DNA of 64,000 bases. Source: Escherichia phage vB_EcoM-101117BS1. Position numbers and translations under genes: made by a program. The stretch lies in sequence record MZ234018.1. One strand, 5' to 3'. The notes under the pieces are model-generated. The model worked only from the letters and a program-made list of their open reading frames with translations. It made no database searches and had not been told where the DNA came from. Position 1 is the stretch's first letter, and each line of letters starts with the position of its first letter. Of the stretch, positions 1 to 8,450 are shown one piece after another.

Positions 1-392
1 CCGAAACTGTTCTTTGGACTGCAGCACAGGTCGGTAAACAAGCTTGGGACTCTTCCGATGTTAACATGAGCGATATTGCAGAATCTGCTGGTCTTCCAGC
101 AACAGCTGATTTTATGCTTGCGGTCATTGAAACCGAGGAGCTAGCAGCTGCTGAACAACAACTCATTAAGCAAATCAAATCACGATATGGCGATAAGAAT
201 AAGTGGAATAAGTTTTTAATGGGTGTTCAAAAGGGAAATCAGAAATGGGTAGAAATTGAACAAGATTCTACTCCAACTGAAGTGAGTGAAGTAGCAGGTT
301 CACAACAGATTCAGGCTGAACAGAATCGCTATCAAAGAAACGAATCAGCTCGAGCTCAGTTAGATGCTTTGGCAAATGAATTAAAATTTTAG
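1..392 (+). CDS. 41: DNA helicase gp41, C-terminal part (ORF enters from the window edge)
   Basis: Frame open from position 3 to stop at 392; acidic tail ending DALANELKF; lies directly upstream of dmd/61.x/61 as in T4. Confidence 0.7.
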   Translation, partial: ETVLWTAAQVGKQAWDSSDVNMSDIAESAGLPATADFMLAVIETEELAAAEQQLIKQIKSRYGDKNKWNKFLMGVQKGNQKWVEIEQDSTPTEVSEVAGSQQIQAEQNRYQRNESARAQLDALANELKF

Positions 393-421
393 TTTACAAG
401 CTGACAAGACTATGGTATAGT
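392..421 (+). promoter_or_regulatory. phage early (sigma70-type) promoter
   Basis: GTTTAC -35 at 392-397, about 18-bp spacer, TATAGT-like -10; 30 bp upstream of dmd. Confidence 0.55.
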
Positions 422-450
422 AGTCTTGTTGGTTAAATGAGGAGATTGTT

Positions 451-633
451 ATGGAATTGGTAAAGGTAGTTTTTATGGGGTGGTTTAAGAATGAAAGCAT
501 GTTTATTAAAGAAATCACAATGATGAAAGATGACGTTCAATGGGCTACTACTCAATATGCTGAAGTTAATAAAGCATTAGTTAAAGCTTTCATTGATGAC
601 AAGAAAGTGTGCGAAGTGGATTGCCGAGGATAA
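451..633 (+). CDS. dmd: Dmd antitoxin (inhibitor of RnlA/LsoA endoribonuclease toxins)
   Basis: 60-aa ORF MELVKVVFMGWFKNESMF...; length and sequence match my recollection of T4 Dmd; GAGGAG RBS. Confidence 0.9.
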   Translation: MELVKVVFMGWFKNESMFIKEITMMKDDVQWATTQYAEVNKALVKAFIDDKKVCEVDCRG

Positions 634-634
634 T

Positions 635-892
635 ATGCATATTGTTTTATTTAAACCTACTCCGTATAACGTCAGGAAAAATACTCAATTCAAAGCACTT
701 ATTGCAGATACGTGGGAATTGGTGTTAGATATTCCAGCAGAAGAAAGTCCTCCATTTGGTCGAGTGGAATTTATTAAGTTTGCTGTACGTCCTACGAAGA
801 GGCAGATTCGTCAGTATAAAAGGTATTTTCGTAAAATCGTTAAGCTAGAGAAACAGTTTGTAACATGTGATTACGCAGAAGTTTTAAAATAG
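635..892 (+). CDS. hypothetical protein at the T4 61.4 position (85 aa, basic C-terminal half)
   Basis: ATG at 635 with GAGGA RBS; ORF-track start 593 overlaps dmd and is probably not used. Confidence 0.6.
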   Translation: MHIVLFKPTPYNVRKNTQFKALIADTWELVLDIPAEESPPFGRVEFIKFAVRPTKRQIRQYKRYFRKIVKLEKQFVTCDYAEVLK

Positions 893-894
893 CT

Positions 895-925
895 GTTTAC
901 TTTTGTTGGAAATTGAGATACTATA
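895..925 (+). promoter_or_regulatory. phage early promoter
   Basis: GTTTAC at 895-900, 18-bp spacer, TACTAT -10; upstream of sp. Confidence 0.5.
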
Positions 926-952
926 TAAACATAAACTACTGAGGAGATTATC

Positions 953-1246
953 ATGAAAAAATTTATTTTTGCTACAATTTTTACTTTGGCTTCTTGTGCT
1001 GCTCAGCCTGCTATGGCAGGATATGATAAAGATTTGTGTGAATGGTCTATGACTGCAGATCAGACTGAAGTTGAAACTCAAATTGAAGCGGATATTATGA
1101 ATATCGTTGAGCGCGATCGTCCTGAAATGAAAGCTGAAGTGCAAAAACAACTTAAGTCTGGTGGTGTAATGCAGTATAATTATGTTCTGTATTGCGATAA
1201 AAACTTTAATAACAAAAATATCGTAACCGAAATCACAGGCGAATAA
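953..1246 (+). CDS. sp: Spackle-like periplasmic superinfection-exclusion protein
   Basis: 97 aa, N-terminal signal peptide MKKFIFATIFTLASCAAQPAMA; GAGGAG RBS; position between 61.4 and 61.2. Confidence 0.8.
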   Translation: MKKFIFATIFTLASCAAQPAMAGYDKDLCEWSMTADQTEVETQIEADIMNIVERDRPEMKAEVQKQLKSGGVMQYNYVLYCDKNFNNKNIVTEITGE

Positions 1247-1247
1247 T

Positions 1248-1880
1248 ATGATTTATTATATGCACAAAAATCCACCGTTTAAATACGGTAAATTTCCTGA
1301 TGCACAATGTTATAATATAACGCCTGATGAAAATAACCGTGGATATCTTATTGGCACAATTTTTGTAATTGTTAAAGATAACGAAATCGTTGCCTGGGCA
1401 GATTTTAAAGGTACAACATATGATGTTAATCCGGTGCCTTTCACATATTACAATTTAATGGATTTGGCATACGATTATAATTGGTTTAATCATGACACTT
1501 TGGCTCATATTGAAGGTGTAGGATTTGATATTTCATATTCGGAATACACTTTAAGCCCTATGAGTCGAGCCCATAAAGAACCTGAATATTTTTCATTTAG
1601 GAAACGTGTAAACTTTAAACGCAGCACAGAGTATGTCGGTGGAATCTTTGTTAAAGATAATCGAATTATTCGTATTAATTATCCTTTGAGCGTTAGTCAA
1701 AAAGATATTGATGTTGATTTAGATTTCACTGAAAATAATATTAATAATATTGCTTCTGTGTATTTTGGTATCGATCACAAAATTGTAATATGTGGATATG
1801 AATTACCGTTTGAAGAACAGCCTAAAGTAAAAGTTTCTATTGACGATCAAATTTTTAATGCTTTTATGAATAAAGGTTAA
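1248..1880 (+). CDS. 61.2-like protein with two internal VKDN-module repeats (possible anti-DarT factor AdfA homolog)
   Basis: 210 aa; two copies of a module containing I/V-F-V-K-DN; C-terminal SIDDQIFNAFMNKG shared with the next ORF; AdfA link is from memory. Confidence 0.65.
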   Translation: MIYYMHKNPPFKYGKFPDAQCYNITPDENNRGYLIGTIFVIVKDNEIVAWADFKGTTYDVNPVPFTYYNLMDLAYDYNWFNHDTLAHIEGVGFDISYSEYTLSPMSRAHKEPEYFSFRKRVNFKRSTEYVGGIFVKDNRIIRINYPLSVSQKDIDVDLDFTENNINNIASVYFGIDHKIVICGYELPFEEQPKVKVSIDDQIFNAFMNKG

Positions 1881-1884
1881 TATG
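1837..1884. repeat. 48-bp direct repeat, copy 1 (3' end of 61.2 plus start of next ORF)
   Basis: ctattgacgatcaaatttttaatgcttttatgaataaaggttaatatg; 45/48 identical to 2195-2242. Confidence 0.9.
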
Positions 1885-2238
1885 TATAGTTCTGAATTTT
1901 CATATTTAAAAATGGAAAAAATTTCATACGATTTTATAGATGAAAAGGTTTATTACAGTTTCCATGAACCGCGTTTTAATAGTGAGGTTGGGTTTATTGT
2001 AGTAAAAGACAATTTCATTTTAAAGATATATTCGGCATTAAAGGATTTTCACTACGAAAATATTAACCTAAAATTTGATAAAGAAAACGTTCGTAATTGT
2101 GCAGTAACAATTACAGGAAATAAAGGTACATGTGTTATGCTATCTGATGAAATTAATGATTTGCTAAATGATGCAGAAAATATTACTGCGCCATCTATTG
2201 ATGACCAAATTTTTAATGCTTTTATGAATAGAGGTTAA
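1882..2238 (+). CDS. 61.1-like protein, single VKDN module, paralog of 61.2
   Basis: 118 aa; GFIVVKDNFIL motif; same C-terminal 14 residues as 61.2. Confidence 0.65.
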   Translation: MYSSEFSYLKMEKISYDFIDEKVYYSFHEPRFNSEVGFIVVKDNFILKIYSALKDFHYENINLKFDKENVRNCAVTITGNKGTCVMLSDEINDLLNDAENITAPSIDDQIFNAFMNRG

Positions 2239-2242
2239 TATG
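2195..2242. repeat. 48-bp direct repeat, copy 2 (3' end of 61.1 plus start of next ORF)
   Basis: Near-identical to 1837-1884; the two copies bracket the 61.1 ORF. Confidence 0.9.
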
Positions 2243-2404
2243 AAAACATATAAAGAATTTATTAAAGAAGATATGGTCGCTGGAGATTCAGGTGGTAATC
2301 CTGAAAATATCTCTACTGGAACAACATCAGGTGCTGTAGTAAATAAAGGTCCTGAACAGATTCCTAAAAAGAAAAAAGAGGAATCTAAAGAAAAAGAAGA
2401 GTAA
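2240..2404 (+). CDS. small Lys/Glu-rich hypothetical protein (54 aa)
   Basis: ATG 2240 overlaps the previous stop; ends 2 nt before the gene 61 ATG; not in the ORF track (under 60 aa). Confidence 0.45.
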   Translation: MKTYKEFIKEDMVAGDSGGNPENISTGTTSGAVVNKGPEQIPKKKKEESKEKEE

Positions 2405-2406
2405 AA

Positions 2407-3435
2407 ATGTCATCAATACCTTGGATTGATAATGAGTTTGCGTATCGTGCATTGGCTCATTTACCTAAATTCACACAAGTAAATAATAGTTCAACTTTTA
2501 AATTGCGGTTTAGATGTCCTGTTTGTGGAGATTCAAAAACCGACCAGAATAAAGCTCGTGGATGGTATTATGGTGATAATAATGAAGGAAATATTCATTG
2601 TTATAACTGTAATTATCATGCACCAATCGGAATATATTTAAAGGAGTTTGAACCTGATTTATATCGTGAGTATATCTTTGAAATAAGAAAAGAAAAAGGT
2701 AAAAGTCGTCCAGTAGAAAAACCTAAAGAACTTCCTAAGCAACCTGAGAAGAAAATAATTAAATCTCTTCCGTCATGTGTTAGATTAGATAAACTGGCGG
2801 AAGACCATCCAATTATAAAATATGTAAAAGCTCGTTGTATTCCAAAGGATAAATGGAAATATCTTTGGTTTACAACCGAATGGCCTAAATTAGTTAATAG
2901 CATAGCACCGGGAACATACAAAAAGGAAATTTCTGAGCCTCGTCTTGTTATTCCAATTTATAATGCTAATGGAAAAGCTGAGTCTTTTCAAGGACGTGCA
3001 TTAAAGAAAGATGCTCCTCAAAAATATATCACCATTAAAGCTTATCCTGAGGCAACAAAAATTTACGGTGTTGAACGAGTTAAAGATGGTGATGTATATG
3101 TTCTAGAAGGACCTATAGATTCACTTTTTATTGAAAATGGTATAGCTATTACAGGTGGTCAATTAGACCTAGAAGTTGTTCCATTTAAAGATAGACGAGT
3201 GTGGGTTTTAGATAATGAACCTCGTCACCCTGACACTATCAAACGAATGACTAAATTAGTTGATGCTGGAGAAAGGGTTATGTTTTGGGATAAATCTCCC
3301 TGGAAATCAAAAGATGTCAATGATATGATTAGAAAGGAAGGTGCAACCCCTGAACAAATTATGGAATATATGAAAAATAATATTGCCCAGGGGTTGATGG
3401 CTAAAATGCGGCTATCTAAATATGCTAAGATTTAA
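2407..3435 (+). CDS. 61: DNA primase gp61
   Basis: 342 aa; N-terminus MSSIPWIDNEFAYRALAHLP; zinc ribbon CPVCG...CYNC; TOPRIM-like acidic motifs. Confidence 0.95.
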   Translation: MSSIPWIDNEFAYRALAHLPKFTQVNNSSTFKLRFRCPVCGDSKTDQNKARGWYYGDNNEGNIHCYNCNYHAPIGIYLKEFEPDLYREYIFEIRKEKGKSRPVEKPKELPKQPEKKIIKSLPSCVRLDKLAEDHPIIKYVKARCIPKDKWKYLWFTTEWPKLVNSIAPGTYKKEISEPRLVIPIYNANGKAESFQGRALKKDAPQKYITIKAYPEATKIYGVERVKDGDVYVLEGPIDSLFIENGIAITGGQLDLEVVPFKDRRVWVLDNEPRHPDTIKRMTKLVDAGERVMFWDKSPWKSKDVNDMIRKEGATPEQIMEYMKNNIAQGLMAKMRLSKYAKI

Positions 3436-3632
3436 ATCAACCCAACTAAAGCAAATGCTAAATCTACAAATGTATCAAGAGTAACTACTGGAATATTAAT
3501 ACCATGCGCAATTGCAACAGGTGATAGAATAAAGTTCCAGAGTAAAATTCCTACCATAGCAGAAATAGTAAAAGCTATACGTTTTTTATTACCTTTTATG
3601 GCATTAACAAGTGCCATTAATTTTTGTACCAT
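3432..3632 (-). CDS. candidate antisense small membrane protein (66 aa)
   Basis: Only ORF in the 61-56 interval; strong AAGGAGGA SD 4-5 nt before its ATG; two hydrophobic segments; stop overlaps the gene 61 stop. Confidence 0.35.
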   Translation of the reverse strand: MVQKLMALVNAIKGNKKRIAFTISAMVGILLWNFILSPVAIAHGINIPVVTLDTFVDLAFALVGLI

Positions 3633-3644
3633 ATGTCCTCCTTA

Positions 3645-3669
3645 TTGCTTTATATATTTATTGTATAAT
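3645..3669 (+). promoter_or_regulatory. candidate MotA-dependent middle promoter for gene 56
   Basis: MotA-box-like TTGCTTTA at 3645-3652, 11 bp, TATAAT at 3664-3669. Confidence 0.45.
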
Positions 3670-3703
3670 TAATCTACTAACCCATGAATTGAAAGGAAAA
3701 ATA

Positions 3704-4222
3704 ATGGCTTACTTTAATGAATGTGCTCATTTGATCGAAGGTGTTGATAAAGCAAATCGTGCATATGCTGAGAATATTATGCACAATATTGACCCACTGC
3801 AGGTTATGCTTGATATGCAGCGGCATTTACAGATTCGTTTGGCTAATGATAAACCAGAAACAAATCGTCATCCTGATTCACTTGAAACCGCAGGAGAAGT
3901 TCTTGCTTGGTTGCGAAACCAAGACGATTATATCGCAGATGAAACTCGCGAACTATATACTTCTCTTGGTGGTATGAGTAATGGTGAAAAAGAAGCTTCT
4001 GCTGTATGGAAACCTTGGAAGAAACGTTATTCTGAAATGCAATCCAAGAAAATTCAAGATTTATCTCCCGAAGATCAGCTTGAAATTAAATTTGAACTGA
4101 TTGACCAATTTCACTTTTTCATGAATAAATTTATTGCTCTTGGAATGTCAGCTGAAGAAATCTTTAAACTTTATTACCTGAAAAATGCTGAAAACTTCGC
4201 TCGTCAAGACCGAGGTTATTAA
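3704..4222 (+). CDS. 56: dCTP pyrophosphatase gp56 (probable)
   Basis: 172 aa from ATG 3704; position between 61 and soc; ORF-track start 3611 looks like a non-coding extension. Confidence 0.7.
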   Translation: MAYFNECAHLIEGVDKANRAYAENIMHNIDPLQVMLDMQRHLQIRLANDKPETNRHPDSLETAGEVLAWLRNQDDYIADETRELYTSLGGMSNGEKEASAVWKPWKKRYSEMQSKKIQDLSPEDQLEIKFELIDQFHFFMNKFIALGMSAEEIFKLYYLKNAENFARQDRGY

Positions 4223-4422
4223 TGGCTCGTTTAAATAAGCGTCAGCTTAAGAAAGCCCATAAGAAACGTATTGACCAGCTATTTAAAGATTATAACAAGG
4301 AGCTCGTATGTGAGCTCTTAACTAATCAACTTCGTATGGTTGATTGGGTTATAGAAGAAGGTCCTGACGAAATTTTTGTCAGCGAAGAAGCCTTAAAATT
4401 AATTATAGAGCATTCAAAATGA
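4222..4422 (+). CDS. hypothetical protein (66 aa) between 56 and soc
   Basis: ATG overlaps the gene 56 stop (TAATG); basic N-terminus. Confidence 0.55.
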   Translation: MARLNKRQLKKAHKKRIDQLFKDYNKELVCELLTNQLRMVDWVIEEGPDEIFVSEEALKLIIEHSK

Positions 4423-4628
4423 AATTTGATTTCTACGCGTGGCAAAAAGCCGGGAGACCGGCTACTCGAGCATTTGGTTCTGATGGATATAATATTAGAG
4501 CCCATTGGAAATTTAATGCTCCAGAAGATTATTCTCCGGTAATTATTAACGGTGATGTTGTTATATTAACTAAAATCGGATATTTTAACGTTCCGCGAGA
4601 ATTTATTATAAATAATCATGTAATTTAA
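4419..4628 (+). CDS. hypothetical protein (69 aa) between 56 and soc
   Basis: ATGA stop/start overlap with the previous ORF. Confidence 0.55.
   Translation: MKFDFYAWQKAGRPATRAFGSDGYNIRAHWKFNAPEDYSPVIINGDVVILTKIGYFNVPREFIINNHVI
4607..4614 (+). promoter_or_regulatory. late promoter (TATAAATA) for soc
   Basis: Exact TATAAATA about 30 bp upstream of the soc ATG. Confidence 0.55.
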
Positions 4629-4644
4629 ATAAAAGGAGAATTAC

Positions 4645-4902
4645 ATGGCTAGTACTCGCGGTTATGTTAATATCAAAACATTTGACCAAGCAGTTGATGG
4701 TGGTACAATTCAGGGTAAAGAAATTTCTGTAGCTTTCCCTCTTTATTCTGATGTTCACAAAATTTCTGGTGCTCATTATCAGACATTCCCTTCTGAAAAA
4801 GCAGCATATTCTACAGTATATGAAGAAAATCAGCGTACTGAATGGATCACTGCTAATGAAGGTCTTTGGACTGTTACGCCAACTCCAGGTATTGGTGGTT
4901 AA
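4645..4902 (+). CDS. soc: small outer capsid protein Soc
   Basis: 85 aa; MASTRGYVNIKTF...EISVAFPLYSDVHKISGAHYQTFPSEKAAYSTVYEENQRTEWI matches my recollection of T4 Soc. Confidence 0.85.
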   Translation: MASTRGYVNIKTFDQAVDGGTIQGKEISVAFPLYSDVHKISGAHYQTFPSEKAAYSTVYEENQRTEWITANEGLWTVTPTPGIGG

Positions 4903-4907
4903 AATTT

Positions 4908-4934
4908 AAGGAATCCTTCGGGGTTCCTTTTTTC
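4908..4934 (+). terminator. intrinsic terminator after soc
   Basis: Hairpin AAGGAATCC-TTCG-GGGTTCCTT followed by a T-run. Confidence 0.7.
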
Positions 4935-4943
4935 GTTTTTGCA

Positions 4944-4973
4944 GTTTACATATCAAAATGAGTATGGTATAAT
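4944..4973 (+). promoter_or_regulatory. phage early promoter
   Basis: GTTTAC 4944-4949, 18-bp spacer, TGGTATAAT extended -10. Confidence 0.6.
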
Positions 4974-4999
4974 AGAATTATCTTATAGAGGAGAGCACT

Positions 5000-5206
5000 A
5001 TGTTAAATCGTTGGATTAAACCAAATGAAGATTTAGATATTATCATTTCACGGCATGTAATGAAGAAATATGAACTGCAACCATGGTCTACAGAAGTTGT
5101 TGTTCATTCATTTATGATGTACGCAGATGGTTCTGTCGAATTTAATGCAGAAATTCGATATGATTATGGCGAAAAGCAAGTCGAATTCAAGAGAGGCTTT
5201 TTGTAA
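5000..5206 (+). CDS. hypothetical protein (68 aa)
   Basis: ATG with GAGGAGAG RBS. Confidence 0.55.
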   Translation: MLNRWIKPNEDLDIIISRHVMKKYELQPWSTEVVVHSFMMYADGSVEFNAEIRYDYGEKQVEFKRGFL

Positions 5207-5547
5207 TGTTTATCTTTAATTGGTTTAAAAGTTTCTTTACAGATTTTTTCTCTACAACTCCCGGAGAAGGTGTAGTTCCTATTTCAAATGACTACCTTCC
5301 TTTAACTGTAGTTGAGTATGTTTATATGGGAGATGGAACAGTAGAAGCAGTTACTATGACTTATGAAGAAGCCCAAGAATATTATAAAAATCCTTGGCGC
5401 TGGTCAACACCTACTACATCATCTAATGCACAGAAAACACAGTCTAGTTCTGATTCATATGATACAAATGTTCCTGTTCATGTATGGACGGGCGATTCAT
5501 GTGGAAGTTCTTGTGATTCTAGTTGTTCATCTACATCTTGTGATTGA
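5206..5547 (+). CDS. hypothetical protein with Cys/Ser-rich C-terminal tail (113 aa)
   Basis: C-terminus [18 protein letters not shown]; ATG overlaps the previous stop. Confidence 0.55.
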   Translation: MFIFNWFKSFFTDFFSTTPGEGVVPISNDYLPLTVVEYVYMGDGTVEAVTMTYEEAQEYYKNPWRWSTPTTSSNAQKTQSSSDSYDTNVPVHVWTGDSCGSSCDSSCSSTSCD

Positions 5548-5555
5548 GGAAAATT

Positions 5556-6041
5556 ATGGAAGCAATTTTGTTTGAAATGTCTATCAATAGCATTAGTATG
5601 GCGTTTGTCAAGGATGTTCCAATTACCGTAGCAGTAATGATTGATAAAAGATATGACAATAACATGTATCTAGTAGAAGATTTTATTTCAATGCCAATTC
5701 CAGAAGATGTTGAAATAAAACTTAAAAAGATCGGAATTATTGAAACTGTACAAAATTCTCCATTTATGGCAATTCAAGCATTTACTAAATCTAACTATAT
5801 TGATGTTGCTGAAGCATATTATAATAATAAACCGTTATCCTTCTATTCATATGATTCAATATATGATTGGAAAATAGATAAAGGAAATAAATTTATAATT
5901 ACGGACGAAAGTGCGCTATCATATTTTATTACCTCTTTATGGAATAATTTAAATCCAAATTTGCTAAAAATTCATAAATTTGACAATGCTCCTACTATTG
6001 TTTTAGGTAAAATAAATGAAAGCTCTCAAGAAGATTCTTGA
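5556..6041 (+). CDS. hypothetical protein (about 161 aa)
   Basis: ATG 5556 with GAGGA RBS; ORF-track start 5544 is a TTG overlapping the previous stop. Confidence 0.55.
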   Translation: MEAILFEMSINSISMAFVKDVPITVAVMIDKRYDNNMYLVEDFISMPIPEDVEIKLKKIGIIETVQNSPFMAIQAFTKSNYIDVAEAYYNNKPLSFYSYDSIYDWKIDKGNKFIITDESALSYFITSLWNNLNPNLLKIHKFDNAPTIVLGKINESSQEDS

Positions 6042-6219
6042 ATGGTTCAATAGACCAAACTCAATGTACATTGATGATGGTTGGGTTGAACAAGCAAATA
6101 AAGAAATGCAGAACGAATCGGAAGAATGGATGAAATCAATGATTAGTGCTGAGAAAGAAAAGAAATTAGAACGCTCAGCGCTTAAATTGATGAGAGACAT
6201 CTATGGGGATAAATCGTGA
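6016..6219 (+). CDS. hypothetical protein (67 aa)
   Basis: ORF overlapping the 3' end of the previous gene in another frame. Confidence 0.45.
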   Translation: MKALKKILEWFNRPNSMYIDDGWVEQANKEMQNESEEWMKSMISAEKEKKLERSALKLMRDIYGDKS

Positions 6220-6227
6220 ACAAAGAT

Positions 6228-6380
6228 ATGACGCTGGAAGAGGCTAAAGCTAAAGCAAATGAAGCACTGGATTTGCTTCTTAAAATTGGCAGTAAAATGA
6301 TGGAAGAAAATGAGAAATATATCCAGGAAAACAAAATTCCCGATGGTCCATTAGTAGGCAAAAGGAAATCCCATGATTGA
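6228..6380 (+). CDS. small hypothetical protein (50 aa)
   Basis: Fills the gap between two called ORFs; end overlaps the next start. Confidence 0.35.
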   Translation: MTLEEAKAKANEALDLLLKIGSKMMEENEKYIQENKIPDGPLVGKRKSHD

Positions 6381-6843
6381 AGTAGCAAAACATTATTCAA
6401 TAGAATTTATGTCTAAAGAAGGTAAATCAGTAAATACACTTGATAAAAAGTGCTCATTAATTATTCCTTTAGCAGAAAATCCGGATATTTTAATTAAAGA
6501 TATAAAAGAAAGAAAATATCCAGAAAATATTATTCTAATTATAAAGCATACTGAAGATATTTTGCAGAATACAGATTCACCATTTTCTTCTTCTGAAGCT
6601 TTAACTATTAAAGGCTATAAAAGAGCTCATGAATATGGTCTTTTTGACATGTTTGAAGATGATAAAGTTAAATTAGCGAGTCAGCCTTTTAAAAGTAAAA
6701 CATTCATTATTGAAGATATTAAAGATATAAATGCATTTGTTAAGATGGTCTGGGCTCATTTTGACGTTGGACTACGCTGGAGAATGTCCGAAGAAGAAAG
6801 AAAGATTGCTGAAGCTAATCGTCATTTTGGTTTTTATCGCTAG
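6373..6843 (+). CDS. hypothetical protein (156 aa), mrh-region
   Basis: Position between soc and modB; no motif recognised. Confidence 0.55.
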   Translation: MIEVAKHYSIEFMSKEGKSVNTLDKKCSLIIPLAENPDILIKDIKERKYPENIILIIKHTEDILQNTDSPFSSSEALTIKGYKRAHEYGLFDMFEDDKVKLASQPFKSKTFIIEDIKDINAFVKMVWAHFDVGLRWRMSEEERKIAEANRHFGFYR

Positions 6844-6851
6844 GAATTAAT

Positions 6852-7034
6852 ATGGATTTATTTGAGATGTTAGAAGATAATCATTCTACGAATATCCAGA
6901 ATGATTCTAGTGATTATAAGAAAGAGTACCGTATAGTATTACAGAATTATGGAATTGAAGCCCCAGATGCTCTTCTAGAAGAACTAGCTTCATACCATCT
7001 TGACCCTCCGCCCTGGGCTCCCTGGGCAAAATAA
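6852..7034 (+). CDS. hypothetical protein (60 aa)
   Basis: ATG with GGAA RBS; acidic. Confidence 0.45.
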   Translation: MDLFEMLEDNHSTNIQNDSSDYKKEYRIVLQNYGIEAPDALLEELASYHLDPPPWAPWAK

Positions 7035-7045
7035 TTCAAAAAGTT

Positions 7046-7076
7046 GTTTACTTTCCTTTCTATCGATGATATGATA
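7046..7076 (+). promoter_or_regulatory. phage early promoter
   Basis: GTTTAC 7046-7051, 18-bp spacer, TATGAT -10; upstream of modB. Confidence 0.55.
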
Positions 7077-7101
7077 GCTTCTGAAGTATACGGAGGCTAT
7101 C

Positions 7102-7725
7102 ATGATTATTAATCTTGCAGATGTTGAACAGTTATCTATAAAAGCTGAAAGCGTTGATTTTCAATATGATATGTATAAAAAGGTCTGTGAAAAATTTACT
7201 GACTTTGAACAATCCGTTCTTTGGCAATGTATGGAAGCCAAAAAGAATGAAGCTCTTCATAGGCAGTTGAATAAAATCATTAAAAAGCATTTAACTAAAT
7301 CACCTTATCAGTTATATCGTGGTATATCAAAATCAACAGAAGAACTTATTAAAGATTTACAAGTTGGAGAAGTGTTTTCAACGAATAGAGTAGATTCATT
7401 TACTACTAGTTTGCTCACAGCATGTTCTTTTTCTTACGCTGAATATTTTACTAAAATAATACTTCGCTTAAAAACTAATAAAGCTTTTAATTATTCTGAC
7501 CATATCAGCGATATTATACTTTCTTCTCCTAATACTGAGTTTAAGTACACGTATGAAGATACTGATGGATTAGATTCAGAGCGTACTGATAACTTAATGA
7601 TGATTGTGCGTGAACAGGAATGGATGATTCCAATTGGAAAGTATAGAATAACTTCTATTTCAAAAGAAAAATTACACGATTCATTTGGAACATTTAAAGT
7701 TTATGATATTGAGGTAGTTGAATGA
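7102..7725 (+). CDS. modB: ADP-ribosyltransferase ModB
   Basis: 207 aa; R-S-E-type ART motifs (YRGISKS, STNRV, EQEWMIP); paralog of the next ORF. Confidence 0.8.
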   Translation: MIINLADVEQLSIKAESVDFQYDMYKKVCEKFTDFEQSVLWQCMEAKKNEALHRQLNKIIKKHLTKSPYQLYRGISKSTEELIKDLQVGEVFSTNRVDSFTTSLLTACSFSYAEYFTKIILRLKTNKAFNYSDHISDIILSSPNTEFKYTYEDTDGLDSERTDNLMMIVREQEWMIPIGKYRITSISKEKLHDSFGTFKVYDIEVVE

Positions 7726-8324
7726 AATACTCAGTAATGCAACTAAAAGATTTTAAAATAAAATCAATGGATGCATCGGTGCGTGCTTCTATTCGTGAAG
7801 AATTACTTTCTGAAGGGTTTAATTTATCTGAAATTGAACTTTTAATTCATTGTATTACTAATAAACCAGATGACCATACTTGGTTAAATGAAATAATCAA
7901 ATCTCGTTTGGAACCAAACGATAAACCTCTTTGGAGAGGTGTTCCAGCTGAGACTAAACAAGTATTAAATCAAGGAATTGATATTATTACATTTGATAAA
8001 GTAGTATCAGCTTCATATGATAAAAATATAGCTCTACATTTTGCTTCTGGTTTAGAATATAACACACAAGTTATTTTTGAATTCAAAGCTCCTATGGTAT
8101 TCAATTTCCAGGAGTATGCTATAAAAGCTCTACGCTGTAAAGAATACAATCCAAACTTTAAGTTTCCGGATAGTCATCGTTATCGTAATATGGAATTAGT
8201 TTCAGATGAACAAGAAGTAATGATACCAGCTGGAAGTGTATTTAGAATTGCAGATAGATATGAGTACAAAAAGTATTCAACATACACTATCTATACTCTT
8301 GATTTTGAAGGATTTAATCTATAA
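7722..8324 (+). CDS. modA: ADP-ribosyltransferase ModA
   Basis: 200 aa; WRGVP, SASY, DEQEVMIP motifs; ATGA overlap with modB. Confidence 0.8.
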   Translation: MKYSVMQLKDFKIKSMDASVRASIREELLSEGFNLSEIELLIHCITNKPDDHTWLNEIIKSRLEPNDKPLWRGVPAETKQVLNQGIDIITFDKVVSASYDKNIALHFASGLEYNTQVIFEFKAPMVFNFQEYAIKALRCKEYNPNFKFPDSHRYRNMELVSDEQEVMIPAGSVFRIADRYEYKKYSTYTIYTLDFEGFNL

Positions 8325-8381
8325 TGGAAGGACTTAGATTCATTATACCATGAAAGTTTTAAAGCATTTTTACATAAAGTT

Positions 8382-8411
8382 GTTTACAAGTTAAGGTAAA
8401 AATGTTATAGT
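8382..8411 (+). promoter_or_regulatory. phage early promoter
   Basis: GTTTAC 8382-8387, 18-bp spacer, TATAGT -10; upstream of srd. Confidence 0.55.
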
Positions 8412-8450
8412 ATAAGTAGTAGTTAACCGTCCGTAAGATGTGAGAAAAAT

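Noticed and set aside
2616-2921. Minus-strand ORF inside primase gene 61, and similar antisense ORFs inside 39, dda, rIIA, rIIB, 52, nrdA and nrdB
   Set aside because: All lie antisense within strongly supported genes and lack start contexts; treated as chance ORFs in AT-rich sequence.
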